A stretch of DNA of 63,857 bases, filler included, from Collodictyon triciliatum (GCA_043381765.1; 4 parts of 4 records of this genome joined end to end with filler, not necessarily neighbours in it); one strand, 5' to 3'. Positions 1 through 15,131 are shown, numbered from the whole stretch's first letter. The notes: generated by a model not told the origin, from the sequence alone. A program made the numbers and translations.

Positions 1-96
<96 letters not shown>
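1..96. repeat. Poly(A) run at the window start
   Basis: 96 consecutive A, 19 nt upstream of the LRR gene ATG; probably a contig-end homopolymer. Confidence 0.95.
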
Positions 97-97
<1 letters not shown>

Positions 98-115
98 ACG
101 GTCGCAGCCAGCAGG

Positions 116-2400
116 ATGAATGGGCAGCCGCCACCTGCTGCACCGAGCCGCCCTCTGCGCCGCTTCGATCTGCTTCGCGGCGCGTCTGCCCCGCTTCTCG
201 CAGCGAGCCCACGAGCCGGATCCAACAGCAACACGGAGACTAGAGAGACAGAGACAGAGACAGAGACAGAGACAGACAGAGACACAGGACGCGAGGGTCT
301 GCTGTCGCTGCGGCCGCAGTGGGAGCCGTCGTCGGACAGCGTGGCGCAGTGCACGTGGCTGCACCTCTTCGGACGGGGACTGCGCGCGGTGCCTGCGGCT
401 CTTGCGGACCTGACGCGGCTGCAGGAGCTGGACGTGTCGTGCAACGCGCTCTCGACGCTGCCTGCGGCGCTGTCGGGCCTGCTGCGGCTGCACACGCTGG
501 GACTCGCGGGCAACGCCCTGCGCACGCTGCCGCCGGTGCTCTCGCGCCTGCCGCGCCTGACGCGCCTCGTCTGCGACGCCAACTTCCTCACGGCCGTCCC
601 CGACTGGATCTCGGACCTCTCTGCGCTCGCGCATCTGAGCCTGGAGCGCAACGTGCTGGCCGCCCTGCCGCCGGCCTTCGGCTCCCTCGGCTGCCTCGCC
701 CGCCTCTGGCTCGCCTCCAACGCGCTGGCGCACCTGCCCCCCGCACTCTCCGCCCTCTCGTCCCTCACAGAGCTCGGCCTGCAGGCCAACGCCCTCCGCC
801 AAGTCCCTCGCCCGCTCCTCGCCCTGCAGGCCCTGCGCCGCATCCACATCGGCCGCAACGCCCTCTCCGCCCTCCCGGCCCACGGCGCCCTTCTGCCCCT
901 GCTCGACGCGCTCCATCTCGACAGGAACGGCCTCGCCTGCCTCTCCCCAAGCATCGCCCTCTTTGTCCGCCTGCGCCTCCTCGACCTCTCCTCAAACGCC
1001 CTCACCTCCCTCCCCGACGAGATGACCGCCCTCGCCGTAATCGAGAGACTGGACCTCTCCTACAACTTCTTTGCCTCTCTGCCCGCGCCCCTCTCGTCTC
1101 TCACGACCTTGTCTGCTCTGGCCGTCAACAACAACCCGGTTGGTGTCTATGTTCTATTCTATTTTATCATTACTTTTGTTATCACACATTCACGCAAATA
1201 GACCTTCATATTGCCCATTTTAATACGAGTTGTCATAAGTGCATCTTTTTCCTCTCTCACATCGCTTGTTTCATCAAGTTCTTCCCTCGTGGCTGTGAAA
1301 CGCTCATTCATTATTCTAGCATTCTTTACTTCGTACCATGTTTATGTATATGCATAATTTAGTAGCATGCTTTGATTTCACAATTCACCTTCTTTCCAAA
1401 ATATTTTCCTGAGTGAATGTAATTCACCATTCGCTGTAATTTACTTACTTTATTATTACTATTTTTTTTTAAAAAAAAAAGATGACTGAGCTCCCGTCCT
1501 TCGTCACATTGTTGTCCCATTTGCACAGCCTCTATATCGAAGGTAGCGACGGCATTTCCATCAAACATGCTCCCCGCGGAATATCCAACCTGCCCTGCTG
1601 GGACAATCCTGAATCGCCGTGGGAAGCCGCTATGACTGTGTCAAGGGCTTTGAGGACCCTGCAACTGCTTGATTCGGATTCTTGCCACGCCGCTATTGTG
1701 GATGTCATCCAAAAAGCGTATCATCACCACGTCACACCCGAGAACTCAGTGACGGTATTGCGAACTGAACACATATGTTTCGCCGTTTGTTTCAAACATG
1801 CCGGAATAGATACCGAAATTGCACATATACCGTTCACCCTTGCATATCCTTTCTTTCAAATTCATCCAATCATTTAAACGGATACACCCACTCCATCCTT
1901 CTTCCTCTGCTCTTTTATTTGTACCCTCGCATATTTATGTATGGGATCATTTTGTATCGAAAAAAAGGAATGGATATGAAGCACGTTCAGTAAAATTATG
2001 GATTTGCACTTAGATAAACACTATTCTAATCATATCTCGCTCATAATATCAGGAAGCAAAGCTGTCGAACTCCTTCGAAGGTCTAGGACTCACACCGGAG
2101 CTTAAGGTGAACTGAACTTCCTTATTATTCTCGATTTTTTCAAGACGACACAAGACAACAAAAAATACTGCTTTTGAATCGTTCTTGTGCATTGACTGCC
2201 CTCCGCAAATAATCTCAAATGCCTCGCTCTATGCGTCTGTGTCCAAACTTCCCACACCAATTAAAAGGAATACTTTTTTTTCTTTTCAACCCAGTTTCAT
2301 CTTCGAAGCGTCTCACCATCCGCAAAAAGAACCCACGAACCCACAAACACAGCTACAGACTCCAGCGATGTTCAGGTCAATCCACTTTTTGTGAACAAAA
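116..2400 (+). CDS. Leucine-rich repeat protein (about 13 LxxLxLxxNxL repeats) with an unrecognised C-terminal region; multi-exon, 3' end uncertain
   Basis: ORF 116-1201 encodes tandem 23-aa LRRs (e.g. LTRLQELDVSCNALSTLPAAL). The frame resumes after acceptor ...aaaaaag|ATGACTGAG at 1482 (MTELPSFVTLLSHLHSLYIEG, one more LRR). Later exons between about 1810 and 2850 could not be phased confidently. Confidence 0.8.
234..285 (+). repeat. (GAGACA)n microsatellite inside the LRR coding exon, encoding ETETET
   Basis: Tandem hexamer read directly. Confidence 0.9.
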
Positions 2401-2849
2401 TAATGCGCTTTGAAGAGTCTATGATTTGTGGTATTACTATCTGTATAGTGTTTAGATCATAGTATCACATGATTTGTCTTCATTTCAAAAATTGGTGAGT
2501 GAAAATCCTCCCCGCTCAAAGGTCGCAGAACACCGCGACTGAAATGATTGACATGATAGCCTCTCCTCAGGAATCTCCATAGTTCGTTCTTGTAGAGAAA
2601 TAATGACCGAATCTCAACCTGTAAACGCGATTCCCGCATCGGCACTACGTTGAGCATTTGCTTTTGAATTCGTGTATAAAACACAACAATCCTCTTTTCT
2701 TCTTTTTTCATGGCGACGTCGTGCATAGATTCCTACAAAACAAATTGAAACAATGGGAGGGCGGTAGAGCATGCTGCGTTCTAGCACCAGGCAGCAAATA
2801 CTGTAGTGATATATCTCGATTTATCGTGTCGATAATTTTGCGGTGTTAT

Positions 2850-5800
2850 TTAAGCCGAGCCTTTGCCCACGGTTGTGGAATCTGGAGGGATTGGGTTCAC
2901 AAAAGTCTCTCCAACTCGAATGAGAACGAGCTTCAGAATATTTCTGATTTCGGGGTTGTTTGTTGTAATCATCTCCGTCAAAAGTGGATAGAAAGTTGGC
3001 AGATGCTTGGAAAACTGTGATTGGGATTGACGGACAATCAGAACAACAGAGACAAGCAAACGAAGGCATATTGAAAGTCTGCCTGGTTCTCTGCAATCGC
3101 ACGTATTGATTCCCACATATATATATATTTGCTAATATCAGTTGAAGTCTCATAGTAAGAAAGGCATACGCTCTCCTCTGGGAAGTTGTTGAACTCGCGC
3201 ATCGTGTAGATAACAACACTCGACCAAACCATCGACTCGCGCTGCTGCTCGGCAGTCATCGACGAATACTTTCGGTCACGGTCATTCATTTCCTCGAAAA
3301 TCGACTTGCAGCACCTTAGCGTGATTCGGACAATTTTAGCGACTGTAGATGAAATGGCTAGACAATTAATTCTGAATAAATGTGCTGCATCGTGCAAAGA
3401 TAATCGGCAATCATAAAGATGGCACAGGCCGCACGGAACAGAGGCGTGTTCACATTGATTTGTGTTTTAAGTAATCAGCCATATGTTTTGTACTTCATCA
3501 AAAGAGGCTCTGCTGTCGCGATTCTTTGTTCGGTCGATGTATCAGTGTCTCCATACATGCGGAAGAATATCCGAAGCCAATTTCTGACTCCGTTTGTCTC
3601 TTGCTTCAGGAGATTCGGAAGCTGGTTCATAAATCCTAGAGATGAGATGAGAAGAGATAATAACAAATCAATCCGGAGTTTGTCTCAGCTGCTCAGCTCC
3701 CAATAATTCTATGATAAGTCAAAAACTCTAGGCAAAAGGAAACCGGCTCTTTGGAGAGCAACTCTTCTGGGTAAATCCTTGTTGAACGCAGAGGCAAACT
3801 TTGTGGCGGGTAGGGCGACAGTTAGGCAAACAAGTTAATGACTGGTTGGATGAACACTTTTCGCATGTGCAGAGACACGATGATTGTTTTTGTTTTACCG
3901 CTTACCTTGTATGACGATTCCAGAGCATTGGTTAGCTTCAGCAGTTCAGAGTCTGGGATAATCTCAAAATGATCGATGCAGATATCAGTGGTAATTTGTA
4001 TCAATTGCAGTTGGGTAATACACTTTGAGCGAATCTGATTGAACAGAGGCGCGATGGTGATGTGAGTCAGAACTGGCTCTTGTGATGTACTTTGTGACTC
4101 TGCATCGGGGATAGTTTAGATTCAGTAGACACCTTCTCTTGCAACGAGAAATTCTGGATTGATTTGAGCTCCAACAAAACAAAATGAATAGGTATCAACA
4201 AGCAAACCTTTCGGCCTAGGTGTGTCCTCTTTTTCGAATGCGGGGTTTGTGGGCGACTCAAACTGAAACTGAAGCAGCTCGTTGGGCATTGTGGACGAAA
4301 AGCACTTCGAAATGATTTCACAGACGAGGGCCCAGACTTCGGCGGAAAACTATAGAATTGCCCAGGTCCAAAAATGGTTTAAGGTGGTTGAAGATGTTGA
4401 GAGTTACGCATATTCCAGATGTCTCAAAAAATGGCCTACCTGCGACGCACAGCTCTTCACAATATCAAAGACAACTGCAACTGAAGCTTTCTCCAGAACC
4501 TCGATGGAATCTAATTATATTCATGTATATTAACTTTTTTTATTTTATTTAATTAAACATGTATATTTACGTCGCAAATTCCAAACTATCTTCTCATCGC
4601 TATTCATGTAATTGGCTGACTTATGAGTGTCAAATCTCATGTTATAGATAAAATTTACCTTGGACGATACAGACCGATAGGATGGACAAAACTTCAGGGA
4701 GAAGGAAAGTCAAGGATACGTAGGACTCGCAAACCAGACTACCGAGGGCTGTAATAGCGTCGACACATGTCGTTTGTATCCAGTCAGACTCCTAAAGGGC
4801 GATTAGTTGATTTAAAATCTCAACTCAACAGAGAATAGACACCAAGGCATCATCCCTCTTCCTTGCAGATTACAAATTTCCTTTAATATGATGGAGCCAA
4901 AAGCTGAATAGATGATTGAAACATAAAGAAATATAAATAAAAAACCCAAAAACAAAAAACAAAGGGAAAACAGAAAAAGGAAAAGACGATAAAGAATACT
5001 AATTGAGCACATTGACAAATATGAGATATTTTAACAGATAAAATGGAATAAGCACGCAACCTCTTTTCGAGAGGGATACCGGATGTCATCAAATATGGGC
5101 GAAATTACTCCGCGATAAATAAGCTCCCACAAGCGAGAGGAAAAACAACTGCCATGGGTGCGCAATAGATCAAACAGATATCCTAACGCCCTGAAGAAAG
5201 AAAGGAAACCATGAGCAGGCATCGGCTATAAGAAAGCGCTAAATAATCAGAAAAAAAAGTCTGAAGGATGTATTCGGAATCTAAGAGTTGAAAATACTTT
5301 TTCCGAACGGCTATCTCATGCTGTGATACTATCCTGGACAACCCAGTGAGAACAGGGAACCAGATTTGCATGTGAGAATCGGAATCGGTGAAGAGAACAT
5401 CTGAGGAGAACATGATTTTTCCAACGATTAGAACAGGGCATCGTCTAGTTGGATACTTTCTAGCTGAAAACAAAGACAAAACAAAAATAAAAGGCTTGAT
5501 TCGAAGTATTGGCATTACTCCCCGCCTCTGTTTGGAATTTGGATTCGTTTCCTTTGATAAATTTGTTGAACGTATTGAAAGCTTGCTCCAGTGCTTTGTC
5601 ACTATTTTTAATAAAGAAATAAAGAATCAAACAATTAAATTAAATTAAAACAATACGACAATGAAAATTCGATCATTATAACAAAGGGGACTAGAGCCCT
5701 ATTTCATTTTAAAATGCACCAAATATTGTTCTTTAGACATTACTGAACCTTGTTTTCGGAAATAGAGTATTACAACCAAAAGCAATCAGGCAGTTCACAA

Positions 5801-8800
5801 AGTCTACAAACGCATCTATGTTATCTGCAATCATCTAACCCATTAAAGCGATCATCAGTATGTGTGAGTCTTTGTAAAAAAAAAATAATAATAATGGAAA
5901 GAATGTATGTTGATAGTTCTAGAACAAGAATTTCAGGAAAGGATATTTTGTACAGTTTTTCCCCCAACACACCTCAAAATAGTTGCTTGCAACATGGTCA
6001 ATGACTTGGAAGCTCGATCGGAGGACATTTTCTAAGTATTGAAGCCATTAGTCGAGTAGAAGAAATTTGGACCTGTGCTATTTTACACTTTCTCACCGTC
6101 TTTGTCCCCTGCAGCAATTGACAGGACAGCAAAGACACTTTTCCATCCCGATTTAATATTTTTGGAACGTGCCAGAGTCATCTGTCTTATACATTCCACT
6201 ACCTTATAGTGTTTAAATCACCATGTTTTTTTTTTTTTTACGTGCTAAGTTTCTGACTGAAGAAAAAGCGTAGGAAAAAATATGACGTGAGATATGCACT
6301 AGTCAAAATAGAAACGGGACTTACCAACTCTCGTATGTATGTATTTTGATTATAAGTGATGATATGTTCAAAGGGCTTGAGAAATTCCTTTTGGAAGTGG
6401 AAATTGGCGAGCTCATCCTTGGTGAAGAGAGGGAAACCTTCCGGTCAGAAACTATGCCGTACGGTATCTATGGAAGAAATGGAAGGAATAAAGCATCAAA
6501 CGACTCGAACCTTTTCCAAGAACTTCATAGCCAGTTGTCTTAATGCATCCACAGATGACATGGCAATCTTCTTGTTTCTATTGCAACCAATCTAGAAAGA
6601 TGCGGCGGTGGATGAAAATGAGTCAACTAAAAAAAATATGTAATACATTTGATTAAAAGGATACTCATCACGCATTTTTGATATGTCGTTCATCGTAATT
6701 TGAGTGAACCGTTTTAAAGTGATGGGCCATGACGGACCATATCCCAGACCATACATAACGGATGCGTGACATATTGTACTCGGCAATCTCCACCAATTTC
6801 TAAGAATACAGTTTTCAAGCAAACATACATAAACTCGCGTACTGAATTTTCTATTCAAGATCATCGGGTATTACAGTGCATACTTTTCAATGTCTCTTCA
6901 ACTTTCATGAGATAAATTAATATAGGGTCCAGTTAGCATGAAAAAGGTAACAAACATGCAAACAAAATATTCTCGGGTTCGGGTTATTAATATCAGCAGC
7001 AGAAATTTCACATAATTTCTTGACAAAGTGGACAATTGCATCCTATAATTTAACAAATTCTTTTAAAAGCAGATAAAGAAACGAGGGACATAAGCTACAA
7101 AAGTGAAATCCTCAGTTTTCAGTTCATTTAGATAACATATATGCTTTGTCAAAAGGTATGGCCAATATGGCTGGTATTTAAATTTTCTTCTAAAGCTCAC
7201 ATCATTAAGACGGGTGCTTCGTGTAAATACGTGGTCGATGTCTCCATCTAAACTGGAAAGCATATCTGAGGCCACCAAGTTTTGCTCCTCCTCAGACGAC
7301 CCTGACGCAGCACCGGAGATGATGGCAGGAAGAATCTATGATATTTCCGTGATACCGTCGGATTGCAATTAATCCGATGCCACAAAGAGCCATAAAAACA
7401 AGTAGAAAGCGCTTATATGAGGAGGAAACCTTCATGGAAACGTCTGTAATGAATGTCGTATTGCCACGTCTCCTAATCAATTGGTTAGACATTCAAATAG
7501 TTATGAGTGGCATGAATGTATGCCTTTGAATAAAATCTCATGAGAAAAGTGGGTAAGTTGTACATGAATATACATTTAGATATTTCAAAAAAAATATCAT
7601 TCGCTTATCCCCATACAATTTTGATGCTGGTGGTACATATCCCTCGTCTCCTTCTGCAAGAATCCCCAAAGAATCGCTTCTGGAGGGAGCAACCCTGATT
7701 TTAAGCTTTTCAATGTCAGAGATGCATCGCAAGACCTAGGAATATAAGGGTGGCAGCTTAGAAAAATTCCAGAAATTTAAATCGAAGGTCGGATAGTCTT
7801 CCAAAGCTGAGCTATCCATTACGTTTTCCCAGCATGTTTGAAGCGCATTCCCAAACGACAGAGAGATGGCGATGAGAGTGCGGATGCATTTGAGGTTTTT
7901 CTCTTTGAGTTCGAATGCATTGGAGGGATGGACATAAACACAAAGAGCTAATAGAATAAAGTAATGAAGGTAAATGAAAGGTTCTTATAACGATTCCTTT
8001 TGGCCAAAGATTAGATATGTGTGGTTCGTTTTCTTTTTTTTCTTTTTTCATAAAACCCCCATCAAATCAATGCACACAATCTAGTATCATGTTTGGAACT
8101 ACAGTTATACCTGAGATAAATGCCTTTCTTTCTACATCAAGTCCGAAGGTAGTTGTGATATTCACGGCGTGCTTAAATCCATTCATGCATGTATCAATCA
8201 TTTCCGTGTCCTATGTGGTAATATTCCGAAGGAATAAAAAAAGAACCATGTTGAGGGGCTGTTTGTCGAGAGCTGAAAAACACAAAGAAATGTGCCTGAA
8301 AGGAGAATTTGCGCCAAAGTGTGACTTACATCCTCTTTCTCCACTATAATACTGAATGCCCCAAGAATAGAATTCCAAATAGATTCGAACATGAGCTTCA
8401 CATGGTTGATGTGAGTGCCCATATAGTACTCCGATGTAGAGGAAAAGATCGGTCGAAGCAATTGCTCCTGTACAGGAAGCCCAAGTGAAAATCAGTTTGA
8501 TTGATTGCTTTTTCAATTAAAAAAAAAACATCATAGATTCAAATGTAACCTCAATCAATAAATATGAGAGGAAAAATTTCTAGAAAGCGAAAACTCAAAG
8601 GAGATGTAAAGAAGCAGCTTTTACCCGAGATACGTCCAATATTTTCTGAGTCTCCATGCCGAATAAAATGGTTCGTTTCTTCGGGGAAATGACATCATCT
8701 GCTCCATAGGGTAAACAAAATAAATAAAAGTGCTGTAACAGCAAAGAAATGGTGAGTAGGAAACAGATTCCTCCCATGTTAACAGATTCTACATTTAAAA

Positions 8801-11800
8801 AAAAAAATCATGCTTGCCAATATTAAAAAAAAAAAAAAGTCAACTTGAACCAAAGGGTGCCGTAACAGCTTCGTCTTTCATTTTTATCTCATTCGATATA
8901 ATGCGGTCATATATACTCTCCAAAAAGGGTTGCGGAACAATTTCCTGCAGATATCATGAACATGAGATAATATGTTTAGAACAAAAACGCATAATCAAGC
9001 CCAAAAAAAAAAAATGCATTCATCAAATAACAACATGGTCCATCTGGGGAAGTGCACTGGGCAATAGCCTCATAAATTATGTCGGACTGATTACTCACAT
9101 CCTCATGAATCCGGGAACTATTTCGTACAAAGTCGGCCTTGGACATTTTGTTTCTAACCATGGGATTGTGTGCATCCGTGTTCAACATGATGATAGAGTA
9201 AGCGAGAACATACGCAGTGTCTGAAAACAAACAAAAGACTGTCAATTATATAAAGGGGCGTATGAACTTTGATGGCTAGTACAATCACCGACGAATAAAA
9301 TGTAAAAAAAAATAAAAAAAAAAAGCGTGATTATATACCTGCGTATTTGAAAATACTGGGGTTGTTGAAGCAAAATCTCTCTGCAAACTTTTCCATCATC
9401 CTATCAATTTTTTGGGCTTCACCAGGAAGACGAAATCCCGATAGGAAGTATCTGTATGTACTTATTAGTCGTCGAATTGACACATGAAAGACCAAGAAAA
9501 GATCCCAGGATAATTGAAAGGAACCTTATCGCGTCATCGAAAGTCATTCCAGTAAAGTCCAGTTTATCGACATAAGCGTACAGGACATTGATGTTGAACT
9601 GGTCCCTGGGAGATGTGATTCAAATGACGACGAAAAAAAAAAAGAGAAAAAGAGAAAAAGTAAGTGTATGAATCGATTGGCGAAGCATAACAAACGCATG
9701 AAAAGTACTAGACAAAAAGATTGGTAGCAAACCCTTCCCCGAGATATTCACCGAGCTTTCCTTTGTCCAACACTTTTGTTTTTAGAAAGAAACTACCGAG
9801 AGAATATCAATTATTTTAGACTTGTACCTGTGTGAAAAGGTAGAAAAATAATGCATGAATGCCGAATAGGATTCCCAAGCAAATACAAACTTTGCAATCG
9901 ACACAGGGTCTTTCTCCAAGACTCCTTGTGATAACAAAAATCTCATTCCCTACGACAAAAAAAAAAGTTTGACCGATGGTCAGCACTAAAATGATGGTGC
10001 TAATCTTTCTGGTGGCATTTCAAAGAGCATACGCATACTTTGCTAGGCTTCTCGTTAAACTCTGCGATTCCTTGTTCCAGTAAGCGCTTCATTTGCAGCT
10101 GTTTCTCGAATATGAAAGGGTCAACTTGTTCCGAGTCCTGTGATGAAAAGTAGATGGTAAGTTTCAATATGAGAATATATATTGAGAGGTACCTTTAGTT
10201 GAAAGGGTTTAAATAGATGCATATTTCACACTAACGTCTAAACGTTGCAAATAGAATAGGATGTTTTAACATTACATGTGTATTTGTCGAACTCAACGCA
10301 GGTGCCTCCGTCGTTGGATTAGAATTAGCTACAAACGTTTTCTCTACAACGGGGGCTATGAAAGCAGTGTAGGTCAGTTGATGAAATTGGTGTGAGTTTG
10401 ATTTCAGGAAAAGCCTGGTATCTATTTCATGGCAAACTTGAAGCTCCTTTGTGTTCCATCTCTTGGCACCAATCAACTAAGGACTTGAGCATGGACACCA
10501 GAGATTGCAAAGCCTGGTGTGTCATTTTTATAATTGTAATGAGGCCCGCGGTATTCATTTGCGACATAAAGTCGCTTTATTCAATGAAATTGAATAAAGT
10601 TAAACTCATAGGAGAAGCCAGGGCTTACAAGTAGTCTCAGCATTCTCTCTTGTGAGGTTGGAATGGTCAACGAGTTGAATGCACCATGAGCTATCTTGCA
10701 CATATTTTGGACCATTCTGGTACATGTAATAAAAGAAAAATGGAAGAATTCGGATCAAGGAAAGCTTATTGAGAAAAGAAAATGTATTGGAATAGTAATG
10801 TACCAAAAACTCCGACAAGAAGATGAAGAATAAAGGAGGAAATATCGATGTTCAAGTAAGCTGCTTGTGATTCATCAAATTCGAATAAAAGACAAAAAAA
10901 ACAAAGAAACAAAAAAAAAAAAAAAGACCAGTTCCATTCATATCATAAAAATAACCTTCCGTATATGTCTGTCGATTTGACATCACAGTCGTAGTTGAGG
11001 AATATTGACACGAGTGTCTGCGATTGCTGTATCAAAGAGGAATGGAAAAAAACATTAAAACAAAACATATTGACTACAAATTAACCATTAACTCTATATT
11101 GAGTCGATCGATGGGGGTAAACCTCGGATATCTTTTTGATTCCAGACACTATTATCCACTTTTGCTGTATTGTGCTGTTGGAGCTTTCCAGTATGGGAAG
11201 AAACACATGAGTGAAGATAACTCCAATCTCATTCTGTGTAATCCAGCAATTTAAGTTAGTATCGAGTAAAGTAAGTTTTGAGAAATAGACATCGCAAAAA
11301 AAAAAAAATGTAGGAAATCATACCTTGAGTTTATTTTTAAAGTTATCTATGAGGGTGAGGAAGATGGACAGAGAAAGACCCAAAACTTGAGTTAAAGGAG
11401 ATATGCCTGAGTAATTAAAAAATATGGTGAGAAAATTATCAAGGTGGTGCCACAAGAGAAACAAGCGATTGTCTTTCGGGCAAACCATTTTTTAGAATTG
11501 AAGCGCAGAGTATGTGCTTGATGATACTGATAAAACCGTCGTGGTGATTGAGCATCCGTCCGTAGTTGTCCAAAACAACCTGGACAGGCATTATGTCATA
11601 TTGAGAAATAAAAGAAAAAAAGATATGATATAATTGGGAAAATCTGATGAAGGCAAAATCAGGAATAGACCTGTATGAGTTCAAGGGCCAGAATCTTGCG
11701 TCTAATATCCAGGGAGTCGATAGATAACCTGCACCATGGGCGTAGGAAAATAAGAAAATATATATGTAAAAAAGAGGGCAGACTATTTTCGATTTAAACA

Positions 11801-14571
11801 ATAGCGGAGCTGTATCCACTCTGCATGGTAAAGTTGCATAGTGAATCAATTAACCCGATAGGCGTTTCCTTTTGAGAGTGTCGGAATAACGAACGAAGCA
11901 CAAGAAAAGCGTCACGTTCATAGTCATCTCCGAACGCAATACTGAAGTAGAAGGCAGCACACCCCATGAGCAACGTGTTTTAGGGGGGAAAAACATATAT
12001 TTGCAGTATATCAACATAGGAATCAAGCATAGGAGATGGAGGGATGGGCGAATGATAATGGAATCCAACGATTACCCGTCCACAGGGTCGAGGGCTCGGG
12101 AGTTTCTTTTGGCAATATAGCCACTTGGTAGCTATAAAAAGTCATGATACCTTCAGAATGCACGAAAAAAAGAATGCGCCATACAATACTATCAAAAGAA
12201 AAAAAAACGAACGCAAAAGCAATCAAGAAAGTCTTCTACTTACTGTAGAGTGCAGAGAAGACGCTTCTGCTGGAGCAGCTAAAAGAGGATAAACCCACAC
12301 ACGATAGATGAGAAAGACTAATAAGCGTTATTACACTGATAACGGCGAGTATAAGAGGACGGTTACCTGATTCGGTCTCGTGCGGCGGATTTAAATGCTC
12401 AGGAGATGGTACCTGTGACGTTAATCATAATTGATTTATAAAAGCAAATTGTAGAGCAACAAGTAGGCTGTGGGCAATCAATAACACCCTATGTAGGTAA
12501 AGTAGGAATGCAGCCTCGATGAATACCTCTGTCTGCAACTCTTCCTTGGCAGAAGAATTTGTTGATACAGCAGGGATGGGTGCTAGGCCCTCAGCAACTT
12601 CACCATCAGTCTCCTTCTTTTCGGATACTTCTGTTTCCGTTAGTGAAGGATTTGCTTCCAAAACCTCAGATTTTGTCTCCTTTTCTGCTTCGGTGTGCCC
12701 ATCGCCTCCCTTTACATCATCCACATTTGCACCTGCTTATTGAATGAACATGAATTTACATACACTCCACTGGCACAAGATATGCAGAATATTTTTTTTT
12801 CAAAAGAAATATGAAATAATAATGGCGACTGCTTCCATCCGGCAACTCAGTTGGAGAGACTCTGTCCTCTGCGTGTGATGCAGATTCTTGTGGAGGCTGG
12901 ATGGTTTCGATTTCAAGATTTTCTGCCTTTTTTTCCGTGAGTATTGGCGGGGTTGATAAATTGGTTGGAGATGCGGCGTGGCTATTCGGCTCCTTCTGAT
13001 CATTTATTGCTGGATATTAGATTGACATTGAAACAATGCATGAAGGTAAAAGTGGGGATTTTGGAATACTATCATACGGTATGCTGCTGCATCTTTGAAA
13101 AAACAGCGTTTATCATTTGTGTCAGGGTGGCTTTGGCAGTTATTTGATTCGTTGGGTTTTTGCTAATTAAGAGGGAAAAACGATTCAGCCATAAAAGGAT
13201 ATCAAAAACATCAAACTATGATATTTGCCATCCAAACGCGCTCTAAAACAACCATCTATGTAATACATAATGGATCGAAAAATAGAGCATCTCGAGTGCA
13301 TTTACTTTAAACAAGCAAGGGGGAAAAAGTATTTTAAGATGGGTTTTGGATAGGCACCTTGTCAAGTGAATGTATCTGCATGTTCTTAACACTCTCATTA
13401 AAGTGGAATCGTGGATTTCGAATATCGGCGATGTGACCGAGCTCAAAAGGGCCTGGTGATTTTACATCAGGATTTTATGAAAAAGAGTGACACATTATAT
13501 TCTAAGGCAAGATTTCAAAGGACTCGTGTTCCTAGGTCAACCCAAAAAAGATACCAATCGGGCAAAATAGTGAAAGAATGGAAGCGAGTGGAATTTAACC
13601 TTCAAGGCCTGCAGCTGGACATTTTCGTCAGGTATGTCGTAGCAGTCGCAAATAGTATTGACAACTTTGTCAACAAACGTCATACTTGAGTACTGTTCAG
13701 CGAGAAACCCCCCTCGAACAAATCCGTACGCCATGAGTTTCTAGTAAGATTAGACGAATTGTAAGCTATTATTTCGCCCAGTATTTTCAGGACCTTGTTT
13801 AGGATTATCTGCATGGGCATCTTAAGCATGTTTTGGTGCCAGAGGTGAGCTTTGTGACATTTGATGATGATGATGATGATGATGATGTTTGTTGTTTGTT
13901 GTTTGTTGTTTGTTGTTGCATGAGGCGGTCAATTAACATACCTGGATGGCATCGAGTGCAGTTTGGACAATCTTTGGCTGCTTGGATTCGCACGCCAGTT
14001 GAAGCGGATGAAACAATCGCAATGACTCGACAAAGATTACCTCTACAGAACTTTGGGCACCACAAGAAAAATCAGTATAAATGTTGCATTTCCTGCGCAG
14101 TCTAGAATAAGTCAAAGAAAATAAGCGGGACAAAAAGAACGGCGAATTCAGGGAACATACTCTGGGGATATGCTACTAGCAGACGAGGCAGACGAGGGGA
14201 GACGAGAGGACTTCTCGAGCTCCGCTATACACGATGTGTGTATGTGTCAATTACAACACCAACATAATGAGAGATGATGAGAAATAGATAGAATAGAAGA
14301 AAGATGAAGTGATATAGAGCAAAATGGGTGAGAAATCGAGATGTGGCGCAGTGAATACCACATGCCCTATAAGAAAGATAAGAGACTGACCAAGGCAGTC
14401 GGTACAGGCACTTTTGAGAGCAGCAAACTTCTTTCCAGATGCTTGTTTCGCTATTTCTTGCAGAGCGCGGCTTAATAGAAGGTGGAACGAGTTTGCATCC
14501 GACGGAAAATCAGAAGACCGACGACTCTCGCCCGATTTGCGAGCCTCCGTAATCCGAAGCACGGGATTCAT
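2850..14571 (-). CDS. BIG1: Brefeldin A-inhibited ARF guanine-nucleotide exchange factor (BIG/Sec7 family), more than 30 exons
   Basis: Spliced exons give DCB ([24 protein letters not shown]), HUS (IFLNYDCD), Sec7 ([21 protein letters not shown] at about 9360-9450; [18 protein letters not shown]), HDS1 ([14 protein letters not shown]...[16 protein letters not shown]) and a C-terminus YPLLTEMIT...[13 protein letters not shown]. Introns checked were GT-AG. Confidence 0.95.
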
Positions 14572-15131
14572 TCGCCCACACGGTGTCCTTTGTGCGCGCA
14601 GCAGTCAGTTTAGTCAGTGGCTCGCAGACTTTTCAGAATGTGGACAGAGGTGGGCGTAAACAGGAAATCGTTCGCTGGGCCGAAGCGAAAGAGGGAGAGA
14701 CACGCGGCAGCAAAAGAGGCGGATCTGCGCAGGCTTTGCTGAGCCTCGAATGGTTCGAGGAAGGCTCAAATGCCGATCAAAAGTAGGCACAGGCAGCGGC
14801 CCTGTTTGGTAGAGGAGTGCGGAAGAACAAGAGCAGAAACAGGGGAGTGAGGCGGTTCAAGAGTCGGCGGCAAAGGGCGTTGACCGAAGTGAAAAGGGAC
14901 GACGACGCCGGGTTTTCTGTTTGATCATATGCGCAAAGCGATCGGCACACGAGCTCCACAAACAAGAAAAAGAATCCCTTTTGCGGATGCGGATAGGCGG
15001 TTCGATTCTTGTCTGGGGCATCAGAGTCCTTATTTGGTATCACACACCAAGCTCACATCTGTGATTTTTATTGATCTATTTTGTTTTATTGATTCATGCT
15101 TCATTTTTTGTTTGATTTTCTTTATTTGATT

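Noticed and set aside
319..1362. Long alternative-frame ORF overlapping the LRR exon (likewise antisense ORFs over TSPO and FH1)
   Set aside because: Expected from stop-codon scarcity in GC-rich sequence; low-complexity products.
5937..5946. ATATCCTT on the minus strand, a possible AT-AC intron donor
   Set aside because: Internal to a GT-AG intron (NYFE|gtgtgt...ttag|MIADN).
6655..6664. GTATCCTT on the minus strand, the U12-type donor consensus
   Set aside because: It lies inside an ordinary intron that begins at gttcac after HHFKT; no U12 branch site, and the protein aligns without it.
7600..7625. Possible GC donor in BIG (GATAA|GCGAAT)
   Set aside because: An in-phase canonical GTATGG donor lies 12 nt upstream.
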